A DNA stretch of 64,000 bases, taken from positions 960,001 through 1,024,000 of the forward strand of contig CAXXSR010000001.1 of the NCBI GenBank assembly GCA_963662615.2. The letters are read 5' to 3'. Positions 45,012-54,392 of the stretch are shown here, one piece after another. The stretch comes from Dehalococcoidia bacterium (GTDB lineage: Bacteria; Chloroflexota; Dehalococcoidia; Bin125). The notes below the pieces were generated by a model. That model searched no databases, was not told the DNA's origin, and saw only the letters and a program-made list of their open reading frames with translations. The translations under genes were made by a program, and so were the position numbers. How positions within the stretch are numbered: the first letter of the stretch is position 1; every line of letters begins with the position of its first letter.

Positions 45012-45452
45012 ATGCCGAAGCACACAGCCACCGTGGAGATCAACGCCTCGCCCGACAAGGTGTGGGCGATAGTCTCGGACGGCGCGCGCCTGACGGAGTG
45101 GTTGACGCCGGTCCGTGGCGTCGACAGTGTCGATCCGCAGGGGCCGCTGAAGGTCGGCAGCCAGATCGAAGCGACCCTCGGCAAGGCCGGCGGCGCTCAG
45201 CTCAGGATTAAAGAAGCGCAGCAGGGGCGGCGGCTGCGTTGGGCGGCCGGGCCCGCCATGGCGCACATGATGCGGATGCCCATGCACGTGGAGCTGGACC
45301 TGGAGCCGCGTGGCGAGTCCACGGCGGCCACCATCACCTTCAAGGCCAACCCCATGATCGCGCCGCTGATGAAGATGATGAGCGGCCTCAACCTTGGCGC
45401 CGAGGCCCCGAACACGGTGCAGAAGCTGAAGCAGGTCGTCGAGGCCGGCTAG
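45012..45452 (+). CDS. SRPBCC family protein
   Basis: EINASPDKVWAIVSD...EW and C-terminal KLKQVVE. Confidence 0.85.
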   Translation: MPKHTATVEINASPDKVWAIVSDGARLTEWLTPVRGVDSVDPQGPLKVGSQIEATLGKAGGAQLRIKEAQQGRRLRWAAGPAMAHMMRMPMHVELDLEPRGESTAATITFKANPMIAPLMKMMSGLNLGAEAPNTVQKLKQVVEAG

Positions 45453-45458
45453 GCGAAC

Positions 45459-45884
45459 GTGACCGTGTCGCTCTCCTCCGGCCGCGGGGACCCGATGGCG
45501 CAGCTCGAAGGCCTGGAGCGGGAGTTGGGGCGGCGGCCCGCCTTGCCCCTGATCGCGCTGGGCCTGACGGGGTTCGGGCTGATCCTCCTCGTGGTGCTCA
45601 CCATCATCGCCGGCGTCGCTTACGCCGATAACTGGGGCGCCGGCGGCGACGCCGCTCGCTCCGCCGCGACGTTCAAGCCCTGGTTCCGCATGGCGCTCCT
45701 GACGGCCATGGGCATCATGCTCACCGGCATTATCACCATGCTGCTGGCGATCATCGCGCGAATCTGGTGGGTCACCACCAGCAACCGCATGTTCTTCCCC
45801 GTCATCGTCGACGCCCGTCGGGGGGCGGAGGGCCGTGCGCCCCGCTTCGTTCGGCGGCGCGCGGACGACAAGGGAGGCGCCTGA
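45459..45884 (+). CDS. two-TM membrane protein
   Basis: Two TMs; shares a W...MGIMLTGI...L.I module with the next gene. Start may be 45495. Confidence 0.7.
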   Translation: MTVSLSSGRGDPMAQLEGLERELGRRPALPLIALGLTGFGLILLVVLTIIAGVAYADNWGAGGDAARSAATFKPWFRMALLTAMGIMLTGIITMLLAIIARIWWVTTSNRMFFPVIVDARRGAEGRAPRFVRRRADDKGGA

Positions 45885-46567
45885 TGGCCGTGGGCACGGC
45901 GGCGGTCGGCTCCGCGGATCTGGCGCGACGAGTCGAGGAGCGCATGGCCCAGCTTCCGGCGGTCCAGATGACCGCCATGCAGGCGATGGCCACGTTCTTG
46001 TGGCGGCCCCTGGCGGTGATGGGGATGCTGGTGCTCGTCTCGGGCGCCATCATCGCCGGCGTCAACTCCTTCCGCGTCGACGAGTTCTTCGGGCTCGCCG
46101 CGCCGGACGTCGGTGCGCGGAGCACCTTCCAGAGCATGCAGGCGTGGCTCCCCGGCTACCAGTTCATGGGGATGGGCTTCATGTTCGCCGCCATCACCAT
46201 GGTCGTCGCCTCCATCCTGGGGCGGCTGCGAATCCTGGGCGGCACCGTCCAAGGCTCCCTGGGGGCTCGCATCATCTACCCGCCCTTCCCCTTAAGCGCC
46301 CGCATCTTCCCCCTGCTCATGCTGTTCGGCCTGATCATCTTCCTGACCCAGCTGGGCCTGAGCGCCTGGTTGGCGACCGAGGCGAAGGCGGGCGACATGC
46401 AGACCGTGACGACCCACGCCGACTGGGTCCAGGGCATGCGCTTCGTCGGCGTGGGCGTGATGCTGACGGGGATCGCCCTGGCGCTGTTCACGATCACCGG
46501 GCTCATGCGCTTCTTGGCCGGTCGCATCCGCGAGGTCGCTGCGGAGGCGATCGAGGTCGACTCCTAG
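45884..46567 (+). CDS. four-TM membrane protein with internal repeat
   Basis: TGA/ATG overlap and GGAGG RBS; WLPGYQFMGMG and WVQGMRFVGVG repeats. Confidence 0.75.
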   Translation: MAVGTAAVGSADLARRVEERMAQLPAVQMTAMQAMATFLWRPLAVMGMLVLVSGAIIAGVNSFRVDEFFGLAAPDVGARSTFQSMQAWLPGYQFMGMGFMFAAITMVVASILGRLRILGGTVQGSLGARIIYPPFPLSARIFPLLMLFGLIIFLTQLGLSAWLATEAKAGDMQTVTTHADWVQGMRFVGVGVMLTGIALALFTITGLMRFLAGRIREVAAEAIEVDS

Positions 46568-46632
46568 ATCTGAAAGCCGAGCCGGTCCCGGCCCGAGCGC
46601 CCCGCACCCCAGCCGGCACGGCCGCTCGTATC

Positions 46633-47010
46633 ATGCGAGTGGTGAGCGTTCACAGCGTCCAGACCCGCACCTGCGCGCATTGCGCCGCCTTGACCGCCGA
46701 CCGCCGCGTCTTCCGCATGAAGGACGCGCGGGGCTTGGTGCTGAACTGCTTGGGCTGCGCAGTGCGCGACGGCCGTCTGCTCCGGCGCGCCGCGCTGACG
46801 GCGCTGGTGGTCGGCACGATCCTCACCCTCATCAATCAGGGCCCCGCCATCTTCGGCGGCGACATTCACGACTCGCTCGCCTGGAAGATCCCGCTGACCT
46901 ACAGCGTCCCCTTTCTCGTGGTGACCTTCGGCGCCCTCGCCAACGCCGCTGAACGGCTCCGGGGCGGCCCCCAGGAGGACGGGTCGCCGCGGCCGCCGTC
47001 GCGCGACTGA
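46633..47010 (+). CDS. NrtS-like small membrane protein with N-terminal CxxC...CxxC
   Basis: RRAALTALVVGTILTLINQG...KIPLTY.VPF.V.TFG; CAHC and CLGC pairs. Confidence 0.7.
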   Translation: MRVVSVHSVQTRTCAHCAALTADRRVFRMKDARGLVLNCLGCAVRDGRLLRRAALTALVVGTILTLINQGPAIFGGDIHDSLAWKIPLTYSVPFLVVTFGALANAAERLRGGPQEDGSPRPPSRD

Positions 47011-47041
47011 GCTCTGCTGCCACTGCACGCAAGCCCCGAGG

Positions 47042-47235
47042 CGTTCGTCCTGAGCCTGTCGAAGGGCGAATACGGCCGCCGACATCGTTCTGACCATCAA
47101 ACCCTGGCGCGAGCGGTTACCAGCGCCGCGGTGGCACCGACGAGCCGCGAGCGCGGGTGAAAGAAACCGTTCGTCCTGAGCCTGCCTGTCCTGATCCTTC
47201 CCAGCGGGAAGGACGAAGGGTCGAAGGGCGAACGG
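47042..47235. repeat. two REP-like palindromes (CGTTCGTCCTGAGCCTGTCGAAGGGCGAA), the second with a nested insertion
   Basis: Copy 1 at 47042-47070; copy 2 at 47167-47235 is interrupted by a related unit. Confidence 0.75.
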
Positions 47236-47251
47236 TGATCCAGCGCGCGCT

Positions 47252-48424
47252 TCAGCCTCGCGGCAAACCCAGCCCTCGGGTAGCGATGATGTTGCGTTGG
47301 ATTTCGCTCGTCCCCGCCGCGATGGTGAGCGGCACGGCGTGGAGATACTCCTGCGGCAGGCGGGCGGCGAGAGGAGCCCAGGTTCCGTCATCGCGGAGCT
47401 GGGCCGCCAGGCCCACAACGTTCAGCATGTTCGCCAGCCGTTGCTGGAGTTCGGAGCCGTACAGCTTGCTGATGCTGGCCTCGTAGTTGGGCGTCAGCCC
47501 CGCGCTCTGCATCCACGCCACCCGATAGGCCAGCAGCCGCCCCACCGCGAACTCCACGTGCAGATCCGCCAGCCGGTAGCGCACCTGATCGTCGTCGAGA
47601 AGGCGGCGGCCGTCGGGGCCGGGCCGCTTGGCGACCTTCGTCAGCTCGGCCAGCGTGCGGATCCCGTTCATCACCCGCCCGATTCCGGAACGCTCGAAGT
47701 CCAGCGTCTTCGTCCCCACGTACCAACCTTGGTTCTCCTCCCCCACCACGTTCGCCGCCGGGACGCGCACGTCCTCAAAGAAGACCTCGTTGAAGTAGCG
47801 CCGGCCGCTCATGTCGACGAGCGGGCGCACCGTGATCCCGGGCGTCGTCATATCGATGAGGAAGAAGGAGATGCCGCGGTGCTTGGGCGCGTCGGGGTCG
47901 GTGCGGGCGAGGAGGAAGATCCAGTCGGCGTGGTGTGCGTGCGACGTCCAGATCTTCTGCCCGTTGATGACGTAGTCATCGCCGTCGCGGACCGCCCGTG
48001 TCTGCAATGACGCCAGGTCCGACCCCGACCCCGGCTCGCTGAAGCCCTGGCACCAGACGATCTCCGCGTCGCGGATCTTGGGCAGGAAAAAGGCCCGTTG
48101 CTCGGCGCTGCCGGAGAGCATGATTGTGGGGCCGACGCGATCGGCGCCCTGGCTGTAGATCGGCGCCCGCTCGTACGCCATCGTCTCCGTGAAGAGCGCC
48201 TGCCGGATGTGCCCCGCGCCGGCGCCGCCGTGCTCCCGCGGCCAAGCCAGCGTCAGCCAGCCCCGCTCCGCCAGCCGTTTCTGGAACGACCGCGTGAAGC
48301 GCCAGCGCTCGTCGTCGTCCCGGCCGTCCACGCTCGACTGCCACCAGGCCGGCAGCTCCGCGGCGAGGAACGCCTGGACGTCGGCGCGGAAGGCTTCGTC
48401 TTCGTCGGAGAAGCGGAACTCCAT
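47252..48424 (-). CDS. acyl-CoA dehydrogenase
   Basis: WCQGFSEPGSGSDLASL, INGQKIWTS, FNEVFFEDVRVP, TIAAGTSEIQRNIIA motifs. Confidence 0.95.
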   Translation of the reverse strand: MEFRFSDEDEAFRADVQAFLAAELPAWWQSSVDGRDDDERWRFTRSFQKRLAERGWLTLAWPREHGGAGAGHIRQALFTETMAYERAPIYSQGADRVGPTIMLSGSAEQRAFFLPKIRDAEIVWCQGFSEPGSGSDLASLQTRAVRDGDDYVINGQKIWTSHAHHADWIFLLARTDPDAPKHRGISFFLIDMTTPGITVRPLVDMSGRRYFNEVFFEDVRVPAANVVGEENQGWYVGTKTLDFERSGIGRVMNGIRTLAELTKVAKRPGPDGRRLLDDDQVRYRLADLHVEFAVGRLLAYRVAWMQSAGLTPNYEASISKLYGSELQQRLANMLNVVGLAAQLRDDGTWAPLAARLPQEYLHAVPLTIAAGTSEIQRNIIATRGLGLPRG

Positions 48425-48602
48425 GCCACGACCCTTGCATCGATGACCCGTCGGATGCTAGCAGGGCGCCGTCGACGCCGACGGCCCGGGAGAGCGATGG
48501 GCGCTCTCGCGATCACCTAACGATCGCCCGTCTGGAGATCGCCTAGACTCCGCGATCGACGGAGCCCAAAGCGACGCTCTGAAAGCAGCGAAGGAGCCGG
48601 CG

Positions 48603-49832
48603 ATGACGACGGGACCGCTCACGGGCATCAAAATGATCGAGTGCACGACGTGGGGTTTCGGCCCCATCGGCGGGCTCATGCTGGGCGACCTGGGCGCCGA
48701 CATCGTCAAGATCGAGAGCCCCGACCGGCCCGACGGCGCCCGTCACCTGATGAACGTCGCCGGCATCGACAACCTCATGCCGGACGGCCGCTCGGCCACC
48801 TTCCAGAGCTTCAACCGCAACAAGCGATCCCTGGCGCTGAACCTGAAGTCGGAGCGCGGGCGGGAGATCCTCAAAGCGTTGATCGTCGATACCGACATCT
48901 TTTTGGAGAACTACCGCCCCGGCAGCTTCGAGGAGATGGGTCTGGGCTACGACGTCCTCTCCCGTCTCAACCCCCGTCTCATCTATGCCGCCGCCGCGGG
49001 CTACGGCTTCAAGGGCGAGGAGGCGCACAAGCCCGCCCTCGACGCCGTGGGCCAGGCGCGCTCTGGCTTCATGTGGTCTCAGGGCGCCCCCGGCGACCCG
49101 CCCAACTGGAACACCCTCGCCGTCGCCGACGTCATGGGCGCCACCTGCCTCGCCTACGGCATCCTGGCCGCCGTCGCCGCCCGCGAACTGCAGGGCGGTC
49201 TGGGGCAGAAGGTGGAGGTCTCCCACATCATGGCGAACATGTGGCTCTCCTACTGGGGCATCGCCGTCTCCATGCTCAAGGGCTATGACGAATGGCCCCG
49301 CTTCGACCGCCGCAACGCCGGCAACCCGCTCTGGAACCTCTACGAGTGCGGCGACGGCGAGTGGATCATGCTCGGCATCCTCCACGCCGATCGCGACTGG
49401 CCCGGCTTCTGCGAGGTCATGGGGCTCGACGGCTTGGTCGACGACCCTCGCTTCGTCGATATGGAAAAACGCAAGGCGAACGCTGGGGAGCTGATCGCGA
49501 TGCTGGACGCGCACTTTGCCACGGCGCCGCGCGCTGACTGGGAAGAGCGCCTGGGCCGCGACCGCGACCTCATCTTCACGCGCGTGCAGCGCATCGGCGA
49601 CCTGCCCTACGACCCCGCCATTCTCGCCAACGACTACCTCATCGACTACCACCATCGCCACTACGGCACGGTGAAGGCGCTGACCCACCCCGTCACCCTC
49701 TCGCGCACGCCCGCCTCCATCCGCCGCGACGCCCCCGAGCTGGGCGAGCACACCGCGGAGATCCTCAAAGAGCGCTTGGGCTACGGGGATGAGGAGATCG
49801 CGGAGCTTGTCGCGGAGGGGGTCGTTGCCTAA
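48603..49832 (+). CDS. family III CoA-transferase
   Basis: LGDLGADIVKIE, NRNKRS, ENYRPG, ADVMG, APELGEHT motifs. Confidence 0.95.
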   Translation: MTTGPLTGIKMIECTTWGFGPIGGLMLGDLGADIVKIESPDRPDGARHLMNVAGIDNLMPDGRSATFQSFNRNKRSLALNLKSERGREILKALIVDTDIFLENYRPGSFEEMGLGYDVLSRLNPRLIYAAAAGYGFKGEEAHKPALDAVGQARSGFMWSQGAPGDPPNWNTLAVADVMGATCLAYGILAAVAARELQGGLGQKVEVSHIMANMWLSYWGIAVSMLKGYDEWPRFDRRNAGNPLWNLYECGDGEWIMLGILHADRDWPGFCEVMGLDGLVDDPRFVDMEKRKANAGELIAMLDAHFATAPRADWEERLGRDRDLIFTRVQRIGDLPYDPAILANDYLIDYHHRHYGTVKALTHPVTLSRTPASIRRDAPELGEHTAEILKERLGYGDEEIAELVAEGVVA

Positions 49833-52348
49833 GGCGGGGTGCGGCGCAACGGAATGAGAATAAGGATTCAGAGTTCGCGATCTAGTGATCCTGGGCCTGA
49901 CGGCGGTCGTCGCGCTGCGGCTGGCTCAGCTTTCGGGGGCAGGTCACTCTTGTGTGCCGTTGAACTCATGTGAGCATTCGTAAGCCTACCGGATCCACTA
50001 GCCTAGCCATGTCTATCGGTTTCGCCACAATGGGGGCCTAGCGCCTGCAAGCGAGTCCTTGGATTGCGCGGCGTCGGGAGTTTGACTGTCTTGAACGACG
50101 CGCTCAGGGTCCTGCGTTACATCCTCGACCTGTCTCATTGGGCCGTGCAACGCTGGCGTCGATTTCGCGGAGACGCACCAGGCGTCTCCTACTGGCTGCT
50201 TCGCCCTCCTTCATTAGGCGATTTGTTCGTGGATCGGAAAGAGGAAATTGATGCGCTGAAGAAGGCTGTCAAGAACCATGGAATCGTTGTCGTATATGGG
50301 ATCGCCGGGACTGGGAAGTCGCGGTTCGCCGTCGAATTCAGTCATCGGCGAAAAACTAAGGGGTTCTGGGTCCCTTTCGCGGGATCCGTGGACAGCACGC
50401 TCGCAACGCTCGCCCCGCAGCTTGGAGAAGCACCTACCGCCGCCTCGGAAGCAGAATTGTCAATGTTCGCACGGCGGCGACTCTCTCAGCTTCCCAAGAA
50501 GCCTCTACTGATCATCGACAACATACCGAGCGTCTCGTTGCTTTCGAATCTCATGCCCATTGTGCAGAGTGCGACGGTCCTATGCACGACTCGCGATGAC
50601 AGCGTCCACGCCCTCCCTCCCGGCACAGGTACCGTCGCAGTCGGTGTGCTCGATCCGTCTTCGGCGAAAAAGATGCTCTTATCGAGAGGGCGACACGACC
50701 CTAACAATCCGGCGTTGGATGAGTTGATAGTCGCAGTTGGCGCCCTCCCCTATGCATTGGAAATGCTTGCTATCAGGCTCGGCGATGCCGGCGAGTCCCC
50801 GCAGTCCCTCCTTCGCAAGATCAGATCGAAGTCTTCCGCGGTGGAGTTTGAAGCTTTCCGCTCGACTGAGGGGGTCTCTTTCCCACATGCAGAGAGCATT
50901 TTTGAGGCGATCGTGGGAGCACTGGATGATTTACCTCAAAGCGCGCGAGCAGTGGTCGGGCGTCTCGCGTATGTGAGTGACGGACCAATACCAAGGGTGA
51001 TGGCCCGGATGCTCAACGAAGAATCTGATGAGGACTTCGAGGCCGCACTTCGTGAGTTGCGCAGGCGTGGATTGGCACAGGTCAGTGGGGACTGGCTGTT
51101 CATGCACCCGCTGACGAAGTCAGCTATCGCCGCGACGAATGAGAGATCGGTTCTTCGCCAGACTCTCGGGTCCATGAGTCATGTACTGAGATTCGTGGAC
51201 GAAACCTTCGGCCTTGCGCCGCCGATTTTTCTCTGGCACGGGATGGCCGTGCTGACTCGAACGAAAGTGCTTGGACTTCGAGATCGTAGCGTTGCAGCGT
51301 TCGCCAACCAGCTCGGCATTTCCCTTCGCCGTGCAGGCCGCCTGGCTGAATCGATATCGCTCCTTGAGTTTGTGCTAGAAGTCAGGGCGGAAGTCGACGG
51401 TCACGAGCACTTCGACACTCTGGCGTCTCGCTATAACCTCTGTATGGCGTACTCAGATGTCGGCAGAATTGGCGAAGCAGTCGAAGGTTTGCAGGTGGTC
51501 CGCGAGAAGCTCTCGACTGATCCCGCACATGAGCGCGAATTTCTACACACGGCGATGGCACTCGACCACGCTCACTACCTGAAGGGGGAGACTGCGGAGG
51601 CAATCAAACTTTACGAACAGTATCTAGATCGGGTCGTAGCGACTTTTGGCGAGGGATCTGCCGAACACGTCACATATCTCGGCAACGTGGCACTCGCCTA
51701 CCGGAGGTCCGGGCGAATGGAGGAAGCGGTAAATTGCCAGCTAAAGGCTACACAGACTCTCGAGGACAAGCTCGGTCCTGACCATCTCGATACCCTCCTC
51801 GCGAATATGAACCTGGCTTCCAGCTACCGGAGATTGGGCCGTCTCGACAAGGCGGGCCCGATTCTTGATGAGACCGTCGCTCGCATGCATAGGATGCTTG
51901 GAGCGGAGCACCAGATCACGCTCGCCGCAAGCGATGAACTTGCGGCTTGTTACGCGGAAGTTGGCGATTTCGAACGTGCCCTCCCCCTTCACAGCTTCGC
52001 CGTTGACGGCCTGAAAAGGCTACTCGGTAATGCGCATCCCGAAACTGTGAGTGCGAGAATGCTCTTCGCAGTAACTAGTGTGCTGGCAGCGAAGGAGGGA
52101 AAAGGATCACGTCTCGACGCGGAGTCGAGAATTTCCGATGTTGAGAAAGCGCTGTCTGCACTCCAGTCAGATTTGGGACCCGATCATCCCCGCGCGGTGG
52201 AGGTACGGACAGGTCTCGCCGAGGCTCGCAAAGTGCTGGAGGCTCCAACGTAGCCGGCGGCGAACACAGCGCGGAGGTCCTCAAAGAGCGCCTGGGCTAC
52301 ACGGACGACCAGATCGCGGAGCTGGTCGCTGGGGGAGTCGTCGCTTAG
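49743..52348. mobile_element. horizontally acquired islet bounded by 90-bp imperfect direct repeats (CoA-transferase 3' end)
   Basis: 49743-49832 and 52259-52348 match at 74/90 by manual codon comparison; the interior has visibly lower GC; no integrase seen. Confidence 0.65.
50064..52253 (+). CDS. STAND NTPase (NB-ARC) with C-terminal TPR repeats (NLR-like)
   Basis: FVDR, Walker A GIAGTGKS, Walker B LLIIDN, GALPYAL, MHPL and LGPDH.DTL-type TPRs. Start uncertain. Confidence 0.88.
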   Translation: MRGVGSLTVLNDALRVLRYILDLSHWAVQRWRRFRGDAPGVSYWLLRPPSLGDLFVDRKEEIDALKKAVKNHGIVVVYGIAGTGKSRFAVEFSHRRKTKGFWVPFAGSVDSTLATLAPQLGEAPTAASEAELSMFARRRLSQLPKKPLLIIDNIPSVSLLSNLMPIVQSATVLCTTRDDSVHALPPGTGTVAVGVLDPSSAKKMLLSRGRHDPNNPALDELIVAVGALPYALEMLAIRLGDAGESPQSLLRKIRSKSSAVEFEAFRSTEGVSFPHAESIFEAIVGALDDLPQSARAVVGRLAYVSDGPIPRVMARMLNEESDEDFEAALRELRRRGLAQVSGDWLFMHPLTKSAIAATNERSVLRQTLGSMSHVLRFVDETFGLAPPIFLWHGMAVLTRTKVLGLRDRSVAAFANQLGISLRRAGRLAESISLLEFVLEVRAEVDGHEHFDTLASRYNLCMAYSDVGRIGEAVEGLQVVREKLSTDPAHEREFLHTAMALDHAHYLKGETAEAIKLYEQYLDRVVATFGEGSAEHVTYLGNVALAYRRSGRMEEAVNCQLKATQTLEDKLGPDHLDTLLANMNLASSYRRLGRLDKAGPILDETVARMHRMLGAEHQITLAASDELAACYAEVGDFERALPLHSFAVDGLKRLLGNAHPETVSARMLFAVTSVLAAKEGKGSRLDAESRISDVEKALSALQSDLGPDHPRAVEVRTGLAEARKVLEAPT

Positions 52349-52511
52349 CGCGTCCTCGCGCACCTGCCCGCACAGGTTCATCCCCCGAACCATGCCGGCG
52401 AGTTCCAGAGAATCGTCCGAATTGTTGCGGAAAGCCGAGCCGGACAGCGGGGACGGCCCGGATCATTCCGGGCCATCCCTTTGCAGCAGTTTGCCCAGCG
52501 CCCGCGGGGCG

Positions 52512-53234
52512 CTACACGGACGTCGCGGCTGGCGCGCCGAAGACGCGCTCGCTGATCCGATCCAGCATGCGCTCGAAGCGCTCATCCGCCTCGTCGGCGG
52601 TCAGGCGGCCGTTCTCGACCGCGCGGTCCAGGTGCTCTCGCAGGCGCACCGCGACCGCGTCCACCACGGCCTCGCCCGACGATCCGTTTTGCTCGGCGAT
52701 CTCGGCGATGGAGAGGCCGTCCTCCACGCCCGCGACGATCACTTCCGGCTCGACGCCGATCACGTCGGCGATCAGGCGCAGGAGGTGCGCTCGCGCGTGG
52801 CCGTGCGGCCGATCGTCGCCATCCGAGTCGTGCCGCGGCCCTTCCTGAACCCAGGTGGAGACGTGCTCGGGCAGGTTCGCGATCAGCTGCGCGGCACGGT
52901 CCGCGTCGATGCGTCCGGCCTCCTCGGCCTCTTCGATCTTCTCCGTGATCTCGTCCACCAGGTAGTCCGCCAACGCGTCGGAATCGACGCCGAGGCCCTC
53001 GGCGACCGCCGCCGGCGTCTCGCCGTCACGCAACGCCTGCACCAGCTCCGCGGGCTCAATCCCCAGGAACTCGGCCGTCAGCCCCAGGGGACCGTGGCGA
53101 TGGCGGTAACGCTCCGCCGTCACGGGGCTCGAGTCGTCGGGGGACGACGTCTGTGCGGCGACGGTCGCCACCGCGCCAACCGCCAGTGTCGCCGCGAACG
53201 TCAGGCTCAGCAACAGTTTGCGATTGAATCGCAT
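52512..53234 (-). CDS. secreted helical-repeat protein
   Basis: Signal peptide; two A..LG.....L..G.(T/S).A..AE..G...AV..GR(I/L)..D.A repeats. Confidence 0.8.
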   Translation of the reverse strand: MRFNRKLLLSLTFAATLAVGAVATVAAQTSSPDDSSPVTAERYRHRHGPLGLTAEFLGIEPAELVQALRDGETPAAVAEGLGVDSDALADYLVDEITEKIEEAEEAGRIDADRAAQLIANLPEHVSTWVQEGPRHDSDGDDRPHGHARAHLLRLIADVIGVEPEVIVAGVEDGLSIAEIAEQNGSSGEAVVDAVAVRLREHLDRAVENGRLTADEADERFERMLDRISERVFGAPAATSV

Positions 53235-53396
53235 CTTTTTTTGTTTCCTTTCTCGCTACGCCCAGATGTCTTGAACGGTCCTCCCGACAGTACGCAGCGT
53301 TAGTAAGGACGCCATGCGCGGGGCGTAATGCCGCCGACAAGATTCCGTAAATTCGGGCCGCCAGCGAGAAGGTGGTGTGCGCCCCGCGAACGCCGA

Positions 53397-53903
53397 TTAG
53401 CGGTCGCGATGCTGCTTTACGATTGCCTTTACGATCGCCGCATCCAGGAGCGCGGCCTCCATCTCCTCAACCCGCACTGCATACGGACTCCCCAGCGCCT
53501 GCTGCCAGACCGGCTGCGCCTCCAGGCGGTCGCGGATCTCGTCCACCCCGCGCCACCAGTCCCACCCGGCGTCGATGGGGCCGGGCAGCTCGAGACGCAC
53601 GGGCGCTCCCTCGGCGAGATGCACGCGCATGTACCAGGCGTGACGGCGGAACGCGCCCGCGCGCAGCAGCACGACAAGTGGTGCGCCGCCGTCCGATCCC
53701 TCAGCTTCGACCTCGTAGGCGGCGCGCAGTTGAAAGTTGTGGATGGAGAACTGCCCGGCCGCCCGCCCGGTCCGGACCTTCCCGATGGCGGTGAGCCCGT
53801 CGGCCAGGACGATGAGCGCGGCCGCCCGCTCCAGCGGCAGGTTGGCTTCGTCCCAGGAGATTAAGTCCCCCGAGATGTCGTCCCAGGAGATCCGATCGTC
53901 CAT
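53397..53903 (-). CDS. hypothetical protein
   Basis: 168-aa ORF with protein-like composition and a duplicated ISWD N-terminus. Confidence 0.55.
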   Translation of the reverse strand: MDDRISWDDISGDLISWDEANLPLERAAALIVLADGLTAIGKVRTGRAAGQFSIHNFQLRAAYEVEAEGSDGGAPLVVLLRAGAFRRHAWYMRVHLAEGAPVRLELPGPIDAGWDWWRGVDEIRDRLEAQPVWQQALGSPYAVRVEEMEAALLDAAIVKAIVKQHRDR

Positions 53904-54060
53904 CAGAGAAGCTGTCCCGTCGCGCCCGCCTGACGCCCGTTCGGGAAGGGCGACGGCGCAGCCCCGACGATACGGTGCCCCGTCGCGCCTTGCTCCTCGG
54001 CCACACTAAGTTGATCAGCCGCGCCATCGATCGCGCGCCCCGCGCTCGTCTGTCAAATCA

Positions 54061-54119
54061 GAACACTTGATCGGTTCTCGATACTGTTCGTATAGTACGG
54101 CTGTTCCGAACGCGTGTTC
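54061..54119 (+). promoter_or_regulatory. sigma70 promoter overlapped by three LexA (SOS) boxes
   Basis: TTGATC 54067-72, 18 bp, TATAGT 54091-96; GAAC-GCGT-GTTC 54108-19 (perfect), GTAC-GGCT-GTTC 54095-106, GAAC-ACTT-GATC 54061-72. Confidence 0.75.
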
Positions 54120-54185
54120 ACTGCATCGGAACGGTGGCGGGGTGAACTCTCCTGGGCTCTGGGGAGCCCCGGGAGGAACGGGTCC

Positions 54186-54392
54186 ATGTTCGAGATCGTC
54201 TTCATTGGCCTGCTGACCGCCGCCGTGATCGCCATGCTGCTCTGGCAATGGTGGATCGGCGCGCTCGCTCAACCGACGCTTCAACGCCGACACGCCCCGG
54301 GCTACCCCGGCGGTCGCTCCTCTGGGAGTGCGGACGCCTCAGGGCGCAGGCGCGACGGTACACGCGCGCGCGCCGGAAGACGCGCAGCGTAG
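54186..54392 (+). CDS. small single-TM protein (68 aa), putatively SOS-induced
   Basis: MFEIVFIGLLTAAVIAMLLWQWWIG followed by an Arg-rich tail; GGGAGGA RBS. Confidence 0.65.
   Translation: MFEIVFIGLLTAAVIAMLLWQWWIGALAQPTLQRRHAPGYPGGRSSGSADASGRRRDGTRARAGRRAA

Noticed and set aside
43236-45287. Long antisense or alternate-frame ORFs (also 740-1804, 27948-29402, 31992-33698, 58726-60123, 60224-61942)
   Set aside because: Shadow ORFs expected in high-GC DNA opposite well-supported genes; no motifs.
49833-52258. Prophage, IS or integron
   Set aside because: No integrase, transposase, terminal inverted repeats or attC-like site; only a single cargo gene.
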